Origin: Candidatus Aminicenantes bacterium
GTDB taxonomy: Bacteria; Acidobacteriota; Aminicenantia; Aminicenantales; JAFGBC01
Assembly (NCBI GenBank): GCA_963702005.1
Contig: OY969696.1
Span: 864,001-928,000 of the forward strand
Length of the DNA stretch: 64,000 bases
Reading direction: 5' to 3'
The notes below the pieces were generated by a model. It was given only the letters and a program-made list of their open reading frames with translations. It had not been told where the DNA came from and searched no databases. Each line of letters begins with the position of its first letter. Position 1 is the stretch's first letter. Shown in pieces: positions 37,156 through 49,476 of the stretch. A program made the translations under genes and the position numbers.

Positions 37156-37929
37156 TCAGCCGCCCCACTTGGGGGGACGCTTTTCGAGGAAGGCCCGCAT
37201 CCCTTCGGCGGCCTCTCCTTCGAACAGGGACCCGAACGCCTCCGACTCCAGAACGCAGCCGGCTTCGAACTCGGTCAGAATTCCCTGGCGCGCGACCCGC
37301 TTGACGACCTGGACGGCCAGAGGACCCTTGGAGGCGATCGTCTTGGCGATCTCGGTCGCGGCGGGGAGAAGCGCCTCCGGCTCGACGACTTTCTGGACGA
37401 GGCCCATCCGCAGCGCCTCCTCGGCGCCGATGAGCTCAGCCGTCAGGAGCAGGTAGAGGGCGTTCCCGAGTCCGATCAGCCGGGGCAGTCGCTGGGTCGC
37501 CGCGTATCCCGGGATGACGCCCAGGTTGACCTCGGGCTGGCCGAACTTAGCCTTGGAACTCGCGATCCGGAAATCGCAGGCCAGGGCCAGCTCGCAGCCG
37601 CCCCCCAAGGCGAATCCATTGACGGCCGCGATGACGGGCTTGGGGAGAAGCTCCAGGCTGCGGAAGGTCTGCTGTCCCCAGCGGGAAAACTCCTGGCCCT
37701 GGGCCCGTGTCATCCGGACCATCTCGGCGATGTCGGCGCCCGCCACGAACGCTTTCCCCTCTCCGGTGATGATCAGGACCTTGACGTCGTCCCGGCCGCC
37801 CAGTTCGGGGAGGAGGGCGTCCATCTCCCGGAAAAAAAGGGAATTCAGGGCGTTGAGCGCCTGGGGCCGGGAGATCGTGACAATCGCGATCCCATCGGCC
37901 ACCGATGTTTTGAGGATCTGATAGTCCAT
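37156..37929 (-). CDS. Enoyl-CoA hydratase (crotonase)
   Basis: AFVAGADI, GGGCE, GQPEVNLG (both catalytic Glu). Confidence 0.92.
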   Translation of the reverse strand: MDYQILKTSVADGIAIVTISRPQALNALNSLFFREMDALLPELGGRDDVKVLIITGEGKAFVAGADIAEMVRMTRAQGQEFSRWGQQTFRSLELLPKPVIAAVNGFALGGGCELALACDFRIASSKAKFGQPEVNLGVIPGYAATQRLPRLIGLGNALYLLLTAELIGAEEALRMGLVQKVVEPEALLPAATEIAKTIASKGPLAVQVVKRVARQGILTEFEAGCVLESEAFGSLFEGEAAEGMRAFLEKRPPKWGG

Positions 37930-37943
37930 CGCTTCTCTCCTTT

Positions 37944-39089
37944 TCATTCCGCGAACAGCGACCGGGCGATGACGACGCGCTGGATCTCGGATGTCCCTTC
38001 ATAAATCTCCGTGATCCGCTGGTCCCGGTAGAGACGCTCGACCCGGTAGTCCTTCATGAATCCGTAACCGCCGTGGATCTGGAGGGCCTTGTGGCAGACC
38101 CGGTGGGCCATCTCGGCCGCGAACAGCTTGATCATCGCGGACTCGGTCGTGAAGCGCCTCTTGCCGGCGTCCTTGATCGAGGCGACGCGGTAGAGCATGG
38201 TCTTGGCCACTTCGACGTCGACGGCCATGTCGGCCAGCATGAACTGGAGGCCCTGGAATTCAGCCAGGGGCTTGCCGAATTGGACTCTTTCCTTGGCGTA
38301 GCGGACGGCCGCCTCCAGGGCGCCCTGGGCGATGCCTACGGCCTGGGCCGCGATCCCGACCCGGCCGCAGTCCAGGGTCGCCAGGGCGATGCTCAGCCCC
38401 TTGTTTTCCTGGCCCAGCATGGCCGTCGCCGGGACCCGGCATTCGCTGAAGACGAGCTCGGTCGTCGAGGAGGTCCGGATCCCAAGCTTGTCCTCATGCT
38501 TGCCCACGGCATAGCCGGGCGTGTTTTTGTCGATGAGGAAGGCCGAGATGCCCTTGGCGCCTTTTTCGCGGTCCGTCTGGAAGAAGGCGATGATGACGTC
38601 GGCGAAGGAGCCGTTCGTCGTGAAGTTCTTCGTTCCGTTGAGAACGAACCGGTCGCCGTCGCGGACGGCCGAGGCCCGGAGCGCGCCCGGATCGCTGCCG
38701 GCGCCCGCTTCGGTCAGGGAGAAGCATCCGAACAGCTCTCCCGAGCAGAGCTTGGGAAGGAGGGTCTTCTTCTGCTCCTCGGTCCCGAACATGACGATGG
38801 CGTCATTGACCAGGGAGTTCTGGACCGAGACGCCGACCGCCGTTCCGGCGTCGACCTTGCTGAACTCGATCATGGCGCCCACGTAAGCGACCGCGCCCAA
38901 GCCCGTGCCCCCGTAGGCCTCGGGGACCGTCATGCTCAGATAGCCCAGCTCCCCGAGCTGCTTGAGCGCGGTCAGGTTGACTTCCTGCCGGGCGTCGAGT
39001 TTCTCGACGGCGGGCGCCAGTTCCTTCTCGGCGAACTTCTTGGCCCCGTCGATGACCATCTTCTGTTCTTCGCTGAATTCGAAATCCAT
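37944..39089 (-). CDS. Short-chain (butyryl-type) acyl-CoA dehydrogenase
   Basis: SLTEAGAGSD, ERVQFGK, EIYEGTSEIQR. Confidence 0.9.
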   Translation of the reverse strand: MDFEFSEEQKMVIDGAKKFAEKELAPAVEKLDARQEVNLTALKQLGELGYLSMTVPEAYGGTGLGAVAYVGAMIEFSKVDAGTAVGVSVQNSLVNDAIVMFGTEEQKKTLLPKLCSGELFGCFSLTEAGAGSDPGALRASAVRDGDRFVLNGTKNFTTNGSFADVIIAFFQTDREKGAKGISAFLIDKNTPGYAVGKHEDKLGIRTSSTTELVFSECRVPATAMLGQENKGLSIALATLDCGRVGIAAQAVGIAQGALEAAVRYAKERVQFGKPLAEFQGLQFMLADMAVDVEVAKTMLYRVASIKDAGKRRFTTESAMIKLFAAEMAHRVCHKALQIHGGYGFMKDYRVERLYRDQRITEIYEGTSEIQRVVIARSLFAE

Positions 39090-39113
39090 GATGATGCCTC
39101 CTTGGATTCCGGA

Positions 39114-39521
39114 TCACCCGGCGTGCGCGGCACGCCAGTGCCGGATATAATCGATGATCTCCTGAAGATCGTCGCCGGGGCCGAAGACCTTTTCGACCCC
39201 GATCTCCTTCAGTTTGGCTTGGTCCTTGGTCGGGATGATCCCCCCTCCCGTGAGGAGGCGGTCGCCGAGGCCCTGGCCGTCCATGAGCTCCTTGACCCGC
39301 CGGAAATGGATCATGTGGGCTCCCGAAAGGATCGAGAGCCCGACGACGTCGGCGTCCTCCTCGACCGCCGCCCGGACGATCGATTCAGGCGTCTGCTGAA
39401 GGCCCAGGTAGACGACCTCCATTCCGGCCTCGACCAGGGCCCGCGCGACGACTTTGGCGCCTCGGTCATGGCCGTCCAATCCCGGCTTGGCGATGATGAC
39501 CTTGATTCTCTGTTCCGCCAT
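39114..39521 (-). CDS. icmB: Cobalamin-binding small subunit of acyl-CoA mutase
   Basis: [22 protein letters not shown]. Confidence 0.85.
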   Translation of the reverse strand: MAEQRIKVIIAKPGLDGHDRGAKVVARALVEAGMEVVYLGLQQTPESIVRAAVEEDADVVGLSILSGAHMIHFRRVKELMDGQGLGDRLLTGGGIIPTKDQAKLKEIGVEKVFGPGDDLQEIIDYIRHWRAAHAG

Positions 39522-39547
39522 GCGGTCTCTCCTTTTCTCTCCTCCCC

Positions 39548-41191
<1,644 letters not shown>

Positions 41192-42317
41192 GCTTGGCTC
41201 CCTCCTTCGCGTAAGTGACACGGACCCGCGAGCAGGTTCGGCGGAGATAAGGATACGGGGATTGCCGATTCTCGAGGACGCGCCCGGCTACGGCCCGGAT
41301 CTCGTCACGCGCGTTCGTCAGGGTTGAGTATCTTTCCCAGAGATTGTCCCGAATCGCCGACTGAATATCCCGTTCGAGCCGCTGCCGCTTTTTCTCGTGG
41401 AGCTCCCCGGACTCAACCAGCCCACGGATCCTCCGCTCGATCTCGGCGTGGACTTCGTCCAATCCTCTATCCTGGAGGGCCGAGACGGTCAGGACCGAGG
41501 GGAGAGGTTTCGCGGTCTTGCGGAGGCCGATCTCGAACAGGAACTTCAGGGAGTCCAGGAGGAGGTCGGCGCCGGGAAGGTCGGCCTTGTTGACGAGGAT
41601 GATGTCCGCGATCTCGAGGATTCCGGCCTTGAGCGTCTGGATGATGTCGCCGGTCCCGGGTTGGAGGACCAGGAGAATGAGATCGGCGCAGGTCAGGACG
41701 TCGAGCTCGGCCTGGCCGACGCCGACCGTCTCGATGAAGATGCGGTCCATACCGAAGGCATCCAGGACATCGGCCGCGTAGGGCGTCGAGGGGGACAGGC
41801 CGCCGTGGCCGTTCCGGCTGGCTTGGGACCGGATGAACAGGCGCGCTTCTCCGCCCAGGCCTTGCATCCGGATGCGGTCGCCCAGGAAGGCGCCGCCCGA
41901 GAACGGACTCGAGGGGTCCACGGCGATGACGCCGGCGGAATGGCCTCCGGCGATCGTCCGCCGCGCCAGGGCCGCCGTGACCGTGCTCTTCCCGACGCCG
42001 GGAGGCCCGGTGATCCCGATCCGGACACCCCCTTTCTGGCGGGGGATGAGCCGGTCCCGGATGATCGGGACGAGCCGAGGATGGTTCTCAACGGCCGTGA
42101 TCAGACGGGCGCAGGCTAAACGATCGCCTTGAAAAAAACGCTCCCAGATATCGGGAATCAGGAGAGATCCCGCTTTCCGCGTCCGGTCGCCGGGAGACTT
42201 CTTCCTTTTAAGCTCCGAACTCACTCGACTCCCTGCTTATACAGCTGATAGGCCGGAAATACGTAAAGACTATATCGCCAACGGAAGACGGATGTCAATA
42301 CGGATCGAAGGGGGAGA

Positions 42318-43295
42318 TTAGAGCCAGCCGTTCGCCCGGCACCAGTCCACGGTCCGGGCCATGCCCGATTGAAAATCCGTGGCCGGTTTATAGCCCAGCC
42401 CCCTCTTTGCCTTGTCGATCGACATCGGTTTGGAATCCGTGAAGAAACTGAGCTTTCCCGGCGTCAGGGGCGCCTCGATGCCCAGCGGCCGGAAGGACGT
42501 CTCCATCATGCCCGCCGCGACCAGCGCCGGCAGAAGCGGCAGGGACACGGCCGGGATGGAAACGCCGCAGCAGCGGGCGATCGTCTGAGCCATCTCCTTT
42601 ACGGTCAGGATCTCTTCCCCCGCCAGGTGGTAGATCTCGCCCGGGTTCCCCTTGGCCGCGCAGAGAAGAATCCCGGCCGTGAGATCGTCGATGAAAACCG
42701 GGGTTTGACGGCCCCGCCCTTTCGCCACCAGGACGAGCCGCTTGCGGGCGATCGATCGGATGAGCTTGAAGGTCCTCCGGTCGCCCGGGCCGTAGGCCCA
42801 GCCCGGCCGGACGACGACGACGTCCTGGCCGGCCGCGGCGGCCTTGAGAGCCAGCCGCTCGCCCTCGAGCTTGCTTTTATCGTAGACGTTCCGGGGATTG
42901 GGTGCGCGGGATTCGTCCGCGACCTCGCCGTCCGCGACCTTGCCCAGGACGCCCGCCGAGCTGATATGGACGACGCGCCGGACGCCGGCTTCGCGCGCCG
43001 CCCCCAGCAGGCTCTCGACGCTCCCGGCGTTGATCCGGAAGAATTCCCTTTTTGAGATGCGCGAAGCGCCGAGCGCCGCCGCGAGATGAAACAGGACGTC
43101 GGTTCCTTGGAGGGATCGGCGAAGAAGGGCGGTATCCCCGATGTCACTCTGAACGATCGTGAACTTCCCTTCCGGCCCGACCCGGGCCAGCGGCGTCCGA
43201 TGAACAAGGGCGCCGACTTCCCATCCCTTGGCCAGCAGGGCGTCGATGAGATGGCCGCCGATGAATCCCGAGCCGCCTGTGATGAAAGCGCGCAT
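42318..43295 (-). CDS. NAD-dependent epimerase/dehydratase
   Basis: TGGSGFIG, YDKSK, YGPGD. Confidence 0.88.
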   Translation of the reverse strand: MRAFITGGSGFIGGHLIDALLAKGWEVGALVHRTPLARVGPEGKFTIVQSDIGDTALLRRSLQGTDVLFHLAAALGASRISKREFFRINAGSVESLLGAAREAGVRRVVHISSAGVLGKVADGEVADESRAPNPRNVYDKSKLEGERLALKAAAAGQDVVVVRPGWAYGPGDRRTFKLIRSIARKRLVLVAKGRGRQTPVFIDDLTAGILLCAAKGNPGEIYHLAGEEILTVKEMAQTIARCCGVSIPAVSLPLLPALVAAGMMETSFRPLGIEAPLTPGKLSFFTDSKPMSIDKAKRGLGYKPATDFQSGMARTVDWCRANGWL

Positions 43296-43312
43296 GATCG
43301 CTCCCGGCGGCT

Positions 43313-44476
43313 TCAACCCCGTTTGCGGAGCGCCGTCTCCAGGCACCGCCGCATCTTTTCCGTGTAGCGTTCACGCGTGTATTCGCGGTCGGCCATTTCC
43401 TTGGCGGACCGGGCCCGGCGCCGTGCCTCCGGGTTGTTGAGGGCGTAAGAGATCCCGCGGGCCAAGCTCTCCGGCTCCGGCTCGACCAGGATTGAAATCC
43501 GCTCGTCGAGGATCTGGGTGTGCGTCCAAAGGTTCGTGGCGACCAGCGGCTTTCCCGACTTGAGGAAGGAGTAGATTTTAAGGGGCGTATTGGTGCCCGT
43601 CAAGCGGGGCGAAACAAGGACGTCGGCGAGCTCGATGAACAGGGCGACTCGGGCCGGCGGGACCTTGTCCACAAAGACGGTCTTGCCGGCGATCCCCAGG
43701 TCGGCGGCCTTGCGTTTCATCGCCTCGAGCTCGGCGCCCGTCCCGCCCAGGAGCAGGAAGACGGCCTTGTCCTTGACGCGGACTGCGGCTTCGAGCAGGA
43801 GCGATATGCCCTGATAGCGCTGGAAGTTCCCGGCATAGAGGACGATCTTTTCCCCGCCGGGCGCGCAGGCTTTTCTTTTTTGGACGACGTCCTCGGCCCT
43901 GAAGGGATCGCTCGGGAAGTCGAGGACGTTCTCGATGAGATGAGCCTTGTCCCCATGGCCGTCGCGCGTGACCTTTTCCAGAAGGTCCCGGCAGATGACG
44001 ATCACGGCCTCGGACCTTTTAAGATAGAAGTTCTCCATGGCGACAAAGACGGTCCGGAGGAAGGGCGACCGCGAGAAATCGAAGTTCGTGAGCTGTTGGG
44101 GCAGGCTCGAGTGCATGTCGTAGATGTGGGGGGTCCGGCTGAGGACTCCCAGGACGCTTCCCATGACGGCCGCTTCCTCATGGGTGAAGATGATGTCGTA
44201 GCGGCGCCTCAGGAGGCGAAAAGCGGCGCGAACAAAAAGGAGGGCGTCCAAGGGGAGCTTGGCGAAGGACGGCCCGATCTCGATCGTCTTCAGGCCGAGG
44301 ATGTTCGGGACCCGGAAGACGCGCAGGTTATCGAGGGGCATGTTCCCGCCCAACGGATAGGTGATGAGGTCGACTTGATGGCCCAGGTCGCCGAGCGCCT
44401 TGATCCTGAAGTAAACGCTGATCGGCGTCCCGCGAGGCTGGAAGAACGGCTCGGGCGCCAGCATCAGGATCTTCAT
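43313..44476 (-). CDS. Glycosyltransferase family 4
   Basis: YAGNFQRYQG, PLKIYSFL..GKPLVAT. Confidence 0.88.
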   Translation of the reverse strand: MKILMLAPEPFFQPRGTPISVYFRIKALGDLGHQVDLITYPLGGNMPLDNLRVFRVPNILGLKTIEIGPSFAKLPLDALLFVRAAFRLLRRRYDIIFTHEEAAVMGSVLGVLSRTPHIYDMHSSLPQQLTNFDFSRSPFLRTVFVAMENFYLKRSEAVIVICRDLLEKVTRDGHGDKAHLIENVLDFPSDPFRAEDVVQKRKACAPGGEKIVLYAGNFQRYQGISLLLEAAVRVKDKAVFLLLGGTGAELEAMKRKAADLGIAGKTVFVDKVPPARVALFIELADVLVSPRLTGTNTPLKIYSFLKSGKPLVATNLWTHTQILDERISILVEPEPESLARGISYALNNPEARRRARSAKEMADREYTRERYTEKMRRCLETALRKRG

Positions 44477-44483
44477 GACGGGC

Positions 44484-45476
44484 TCAGGAGCGGGCGTCGT
44501 CCGTCCGGGCTTCGGCTTCGTCGTCGAGGACCTCGCGGATGAAATAGGTCGGCTGGTGGGCCGCCTCGTGGTAGGCGCGGACCATGATCTCGGCCAGCAG
44601 GCCGAGGGTGATGAACTGGATTCCGATCAGGATGAGGAGAATGGCCAGCAGGAGGAGCGGGCGGCCGGCGATGGCGATCCGGAGGACGAGCCGCTCGTAG
44701 GACAGCCAGATCGAGATGAGTCCGCCGGCCAGCAGGGAAACGAGCCCGAAGATCCCGAATATCTGCAGCGGCCGGGTCGAATAGCTCAGGAGGAACTTGA
44801 CGGTCAGCAGGTCCAGGGCGACCTTGACGGCGCGGAAGATGCTGTACTTGGACTTCCCGTGCCGGCGCGGCCGGTGGTTGACCTTGACCTCGGCGACCGC
44901 GACGCCCATCTTGCTGGCGATGGCCGGGATGAAGCGGTGGAGCTCGCCGTAGAGACGGATGTTTTTGATGACGTCCTTCCGGAAGGCCTTGAGGGTGCAG
45001 CCGTAGTCGTGGAGCTTGACGCCGGTGATCCGGGAAATGAGCCAGTTGGCCAGGATCGAGGGCAGGCGGCGGGTCAGGAAGCGGTCCTTCCGTTTCTGGC
45101 GCCAGCCGCTGACGATGTCATAGCCCTCCTCGATCTTGGCCAGCAGGAGGGGGAAATCGGCGGGGTCGTTCTGGAGGTCGGCGTCGAGGGTCAGGATGAT
45201 GTCGCCCCTGGTCCGATCGAACCCGGCGGCCAGGGCGGCCGTTTGGCCGAAGTTCTTGCGGAAGCGGATGACCCGGATCAGGGAATTTTCCTGGCGGAGC
45301 TTCTTGAGGACGGCGAACGTATCGTCCCAGCTCCCGTCGTCGATGAACAGGATCTCGAAGGTCTTGCCGAGGCGGGCGCAGGCGTCCTGGATCTCCCGGG
45401 CCAGCACGGGAAGACTGTCGGCCTCGTTAAGGACGGGGACGACGACGGAGATATCGATTTTGGCGGGTGCGGTCAT
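44484..45476 (-). CDS. GT2 polyprenol-phosphate glycosyltransferase
   Basis: VPVLNE, DDGS, NFGQTAAL, DADLQNDP, LYGELHRFIP; paralog of 11225-12220. Confidence 0.9.
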   Translation of the reverse strand: MTAPAKIDISVVVPVLNEADSLPVLAREIQDACARLGKTFEILFIDDGSWDDTFAVLKKLRQENSLIRVIRFRKNFGQTAALAAGFDRTRGDIILTLDADLQNDPADFPLLLAKIEEGYDIVSGWRQKRKDRFLTRRLPSILANWLISRITGVKLHDYGCTLKAFRKDVIKNIRLYGELHRFIPAIASKMGVAVAEVKVNHRPRRHGKSKYSIFRAVKVALDLLTVKFLLSYSTRPLQIFGIFGLVSLLAGGLISIWLSYERLVLRIAIAGRPLLLLAILLILIGIQFITLGLLAEIMVRAYHEAAHQPTYFIREVLDDEAEARTDDARS

Positions 45477-45616
45477 CGGCGACACTATAGCACAAAGGCC
45501 CGGGGGCCTTCAATCGCCCCCTCGTCCCGGGCAGGCTCAGCTGCGCCACCCGTTTTCATGGGCGTTCTTATATTAGCCCTTTAAGTCCGCTTTGGATTAT
45601 AATTATCTAATAGGCG

Positions 45617-47770
45617 GTGAAGATGAAACGTTTGGGATTGGCCTTTTGCGCAACTCTGCTCTGGTTTTTTCCCTATATCCTCTCGGCTCCCCGGCAGGAC
45701 CGGCAGAGCCAGACCCCCCTTCAGCACGAGGTTTCGGTCACATTGAAGCTTATCCAGGTCTATGTCACGGATAAAAAAGGAAATCCCGTCCTGGACTTGA
45801 CCAAAGACGACTTCATCATCTTGGACGGCGGTCTGGAGAAGACGATCACGGAATTCGAAAAACACGTTCTCAAGCCGCCGGCGGAATCCGCGCCGCAGCC
45901 GCCGGCCGAGGAAGTCGTGCCGACCCAGGCCCCCGCGGCACGCTCCCTGAGCCGGAAATACTTCCTCTTTTTCGATTTCGCTTTCAACAGCCAGAGAGGC
46001 ATCCAACAATCCCTCCAGGCCGCCCTCCATTTTCTGGACAAGGACGTCAAGCCCGGAGACGAAGTGGCCTTGCTGTCCTATTCGATGATAGGGGGACTCC
46101 AATTCCACGAATACTTGACTGGCGACCATACCAAGGTCAAGGACGCGCTCAAGGCCATCACCGTCAAGGCGATCGCCGGACGGGCTAGCGAGATCGAAGA
46201 AGCCTACTGGCGGGAAGCCCAAGAGGGGCTCCCCGCGCGCGACATTAATATGACCGCGACTCAGTCCAGAACGCAATATAACTGGCAGCGCCAGGAAAGC
46301 AAGGCGATCGCCCGACAATACATCCTCAGGCTGACGGCCCTGGCCAAAGCCCTGCGCATGATCGAGGGACAGAAAAATTTCATCTTCTTCTCCTCGGGCC
46401 TCCCGGCCTCAATGGTTTACGGAAATCAATCCGGGAATCCCGCCCGGACCGGGGATCAGGCCGGTTTCGACGTCGGAGATCCGGTCCTGCGTCCCTTGAA
46501 CGAGGAGCTCTATAAGGAACTGAGCGCTTCCAACTGCTCATTCTTCTCTTTCGACACGCGCGATACGGCCAAGGTTCCTTCCCTTTTCGAATATGACGAG
46601 GCTACGTTCGGGTCCGGAGGGCGGAATATATTCTCCGTACCAGGCGTCTTCCAGGATACGACGGGAGTATTCCGGGACGACAAGACGACCGGCCTCAATT
46701 CGCTGAAGAGGCTTTCCGACGTAACCGGCGGGAAGTTCTTCTCGAACATCCATTATTACCCCAAGAACCTGGCCCAGGTCGAAACCCTGACCGGTTCGTT
46801 TTATGTCCTCGGCTACTATATCGACGAGACCTGGGACGGCCGGTTCCACGAGATCAAGGTCGAGGTCAAGAGGAAGGACTGCGAGGTCCGGGCCCAGGCC
46901 GGCTATTACAATCCCAAGCCGTTCCGCGAGTATTCGGACCTTGAGAAGCAGCTCCAACTCTTCGATTTGGCCCTGAACGAACGATCCCTATTCCAGACGC
47001 CGAAAGTATTTTCCATGATCGCGCTGGCCTATGAGGACGGGACGGACGGACGCGTCCAGATGATGACGAAAATCCCGGCGTCGACCGCGGCGGATCTTTC
47101 CGGTCCGGAAGTGGAATTCGTCTCGTTGGTCTTCGACGAGGAAGAGAACTTGGCGGACCTGCAAAGGACCCAGATCGACCTCTCCCGATACCAAGGCCGC
47201 GACCTTTTCTATTCGTCGGGGGCGCGGCTCGCGCCCGGCCGCTACAAGTGCCGGATCGTCGTCCGGAACCTGGCGAGCGGCGGAAGCGCCGTCGCTTCGA
47301 CTCCGGCCGGCGTTTCTAAGCTGGTCCCGACCGGCCTCAGCCTGCAGACGCCGCTCCTGCTTGTTCCGGAGCGCAGCCCGATGAACATGGAGGCGGTCGG
47401 GAAAGGGCCGGCGTCTGCCGCCAGTTGGCGGAATTTTTATCCTTACGACCGGACGCAATACGCGCCGCTGGTCGGGGGGGTCGCCAAAGACGTCTCCAAG
47501 GTCTTCGTCGTCGTGCCCTGTCGGATCTCCGGGTCGGAACAGCCGAATGTCGTCCTGGCGGCCTTCGTGATCGACGCCGCGACAGGCCAAAAGCTAGCCG
47601 TCCCCTTCAACCTCGTTTTCAGCGAGCGCCGGGAGAATACCGAGGTCTTCTTCCTGGAATTTCCGCCGGACGGACTGCCGCCCGGCCGTTACCTGCTTTA
47701 TATCCATGCCGGCTACGCCTCTCAGCCGTCCCTCAGCAGGGTTCAGACATCGTTCGAGGTTCTGTCCTGA
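45617..47770 (+). CDS. VWA domain-containing secreted protein (Acidobacterial VWFA type)
   Basis: Signal peptide, VYVTDKKGNPVLDL, FFD, K..IFFSSG, TGG, YVLGY, beta-sandwich C-terminus. Confidence 0.82.
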   Translation: MKMKRLGLAFCATLLWFFPYILSAPRQDRQSQTPLQHEVSVTLKLIQVYVTDKKGNPVLDLTKDDFIILDGGLEKTITEFEKHVLKPPAESAPQPPAEEVVPTQAPAARSLSRKYFLFFDFAFNSQRGIQQSLQAALHFLDKDVKPGDEVALLSYSMIGGLQFHEYLTGDHTKVKDALKAITVKAIAGRASEIEEAYWREAQEGLPARDINMTATQSRTQYNWQRQESKAIARQYILRLTALAKALRMIEGQKNFIFFSSGLPASMVYGNQSGNPARTGDQAGFDVGDPVLRPLNEELYKELSASNCSFFSFDTRDTAKVPSLFEYDEATFGSGGRNIFSVPGVFQDTTGVFRDDKTTGLNSLKRLSDVTGGKFFSNIHYYPKNLAQVETLTGSFYVLGYYIDETWDGRFHEIKVEVKRKDCEVRAQAGYYNPKPFREYSDLEKQLQLFDLALNERSLFQTPKVFSMIALAYEDGTDGRVQMMTKIPASTAADLSGPEVEFVSLVFDEEENLADLQRTQIDLSRYQGRDLFYSSGARLAPGRYKCRIVVRNLASGGSAVASTPAGVSKLVPTGLSLQTPLLLVPERSPMNMEAVGKGPASAASWRNFYPYDRTQYAPLVGGVAKDVSKVFVVVPCRISGSEQPNVVLAAFVIDAATGQKLAVPFNLVFSERRENTEVFFLEFPPDGLPPGRYLLYIHAGYASQPSLSRVQTSFEVLS

Positions 47771-47832
47771 GGTCATGGCCCGGCGGGTTCGGGCGGAGGC
47801 AAGCGATTGCCGAGGTCCGATGGAAGGATTGA

Positions 47833-48765
47833 ATGGCCAGGATAAAAAAGGCGGCGGGACTTGCGGCGGTTCTCCTCCTGATCATAACGGTCTTGGGGGG
47901 GTCCGCGGCGGCGCGCGGCCAGGAAACCAAAGCGCCGCCTCCGGATCCTTTCCATTTGGCCCTGATCCTCAAGGCCGGCCGGGAATACAGTCAGAGGCTC
48001 GGGCGGGCCGCCCTGGATTTCGTCTGTCTGGAAGAGATCACCGACAAGATCGACTTGAGCCGGGACGGCCCGCACGATCTAGTCCGGCAGGGGGGGGAGA
48101 TAGCCGGCGGCGCGCACTCTTGGGTTTCGTCCGGCGTCAGCCTTCGTTTCGAGCGGAGCCCCAAGAGCGCGAAAGGGACTAGTGTCTATGTCTTCGACTA
48201 TCAATTCATCCGGCAGGCCGGGGAGGTCAAGGAAACCCGGAAGCTCCTGAAAGAGAACGGAAAAGACGCGAAGCCGAACGACCCTGTCCCTCAAACGACT
48301 GTCTTTCAATATTCGGATATCCTGATGGCGCCCGTCCAAATCCTCGACGAGAAATTCCGGGATTTCTATCGCTATCGCTTGCTCAGGGAGGACGCCCTCG
48401 ACGGCGTCAAGTGCTGGGTCGTCGAGGTCTCTCCGAGCCTGTCCGTGGTCGAGAAGTACTTGGGGGGATTGATCTGGCTTAGACAGGACGATTATAGCAT
48501 CCTCAAGGTCGAATGGGACCCCGCGACCTACAGCGGCTACGACAAGATCCTCCTCCGGGCTCGCGGGCTCGAAGCCGAGCCGCGCGTCGTTTCGGTCACC
48601 GAATTCGGGGTCGAGAAGAACGGCATCCGTTTCCCCAGCCGGGATTTCACCCAGGAGGCCTATCTGGGCAAGGACGGCAAGCTCTTCGTGAGGTCCGAGA
48701 CCCAGGTCCTCTATAAGGACTACAAATTTTTCACGGTCGAGACCTCGACCGAGTTCAAGAAATAG
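47833..48765 (+). CDS. Secreted hypothetical beta-rich protein
   Basis: Signal peptide; DFVCLEEI, YKDYKFFTVET; host-like codon usage. Confidence 0.75.
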   Translation: MARIKKAAGLAAVLLLIITVLGGSAAARGQETKAPPPDPFHLALILKAGREYSQRLGRAALDFVCLEEITDKIDLSRDGPHDLVRQGGEIAGGAHSWVSSGVSLRFERSPKSAKGTSVYVFDYQFIRQAGEVKETRKLLKENGKDAKPNDPVPQTTVFQYSDILMAPVQILDEKFRDFYRYRLLREDALDGVKCWVVEVSPSLSVVEKYLGGLIWLRQDDYSILKVEWDPATYSGYDKILLRARGLEAEPRVVSVTEFGVEKNGIRFPSRDFTQEAYLGKDGKLFVRSETQVLYKDYKFFTVETSTEFKK

Positions 48766-48802
48766 CGGGCCGGAAAAAGAACGGCCCGTAAGGCCGGCCG
48801 CG

Positions 48803-48948
48803 TTGACCCGTTTGCTAAGGCTCCGGGTCAACCCCAAGCATGCTCCAGCCTTATGGCTAGCTGGCCGGGGGTTTGACCCGTTCGCTAAGGCTCAGGGTCA
48901 ACCCCAAGCATGCTCCAGCCTTATGGCTAGCTGGCCGGGGGTTTGACA
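48803..48948. repeat. Two tandem 70-bp REP-like palindromic units ending in TTGACA
   Basis: Units 48803-48872 and 48873-48942 differ at 2 positions; each starts with hairpin TTGACCC...GGGTCAA. Confidence 0.85.
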
Positions 48949-48971
48949 GGACCGAAAGGTTTGATTACAAT
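48943..48971 (+). promoter_or_regulatory. Near-consensus sigma70 promoter
   Basis: TTGACA, 17 bp, TACAAT. Confidence 0.75.
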
Positions 48972-48995
48972 GCCGGTGCGGCGTAGAGAAGCGGA

Positions 48996-49442
48996 ATGGC
49001 CGAAAAGAAGATCCTGATCGTCGATACCGACACCTCCCACCTCGATTTTCTGACCCAGCTCTTCAAGCCCAGCCGGTTCAAGATCGTCCGGGCCAAGGAC
49101 GGCGTCGAGGCTCATGAGAAGTTCAAGGAGGAGCGGCCCGACCTCGTCATCCTGGAGGCCCTTCTGCCCAGGCTCCACGGCTTTGACCTGACCAAAAAGC
49201 TCACCCAGGAAACGCGCGGAGAGGTTCCGATCATCATCATCACCGGGCTCTACCGCGGCTCCCACTACCGGCATGAAGCCATCTCCTCCTTCGGAGCGAC
49301 CGAGTACTTCGAAAAGCCCTACGACAAGGAAAAGCTCCTCAACACCGTGCTCAGCCTCCTCAACGAGGAAGAGGAGATCCAGGATGAGCTTCCCGACTCG
49401 GAAGCCATCGTCCAAAACCTCGCCAAGCGGATCAAAAAGTAG
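48996..49442 (+). CDS. Single-domain response regulator with atypical receiver
   Basis: KILIVD, PDLVILE (Glu at phospho-Asp position), ITG, FEKP. Confidence 0.85.
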   Translation: MAEKKILIVDTDTSHLDFLTQLFKPSRFKIVRAKDGVEAHEKFKEERPDLVILEALLPRLHGFDLTKKLTQETRGEVPIIIITGLYRGSHYRHEAISSFGATEYFEKPYDKEKLLNTVLSLLNEEEEIQDELPDSEAIVQNLAKRIKK

Positions 49443-49476
49443 GCGAGGCCGGACCCGGGACGGCCCGTCCGCCCGG

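Noticed and set aside
48803-48948. CRISPR array
   Set aside because: Two contiguous near-identical units, no unique spacers, no cas genes
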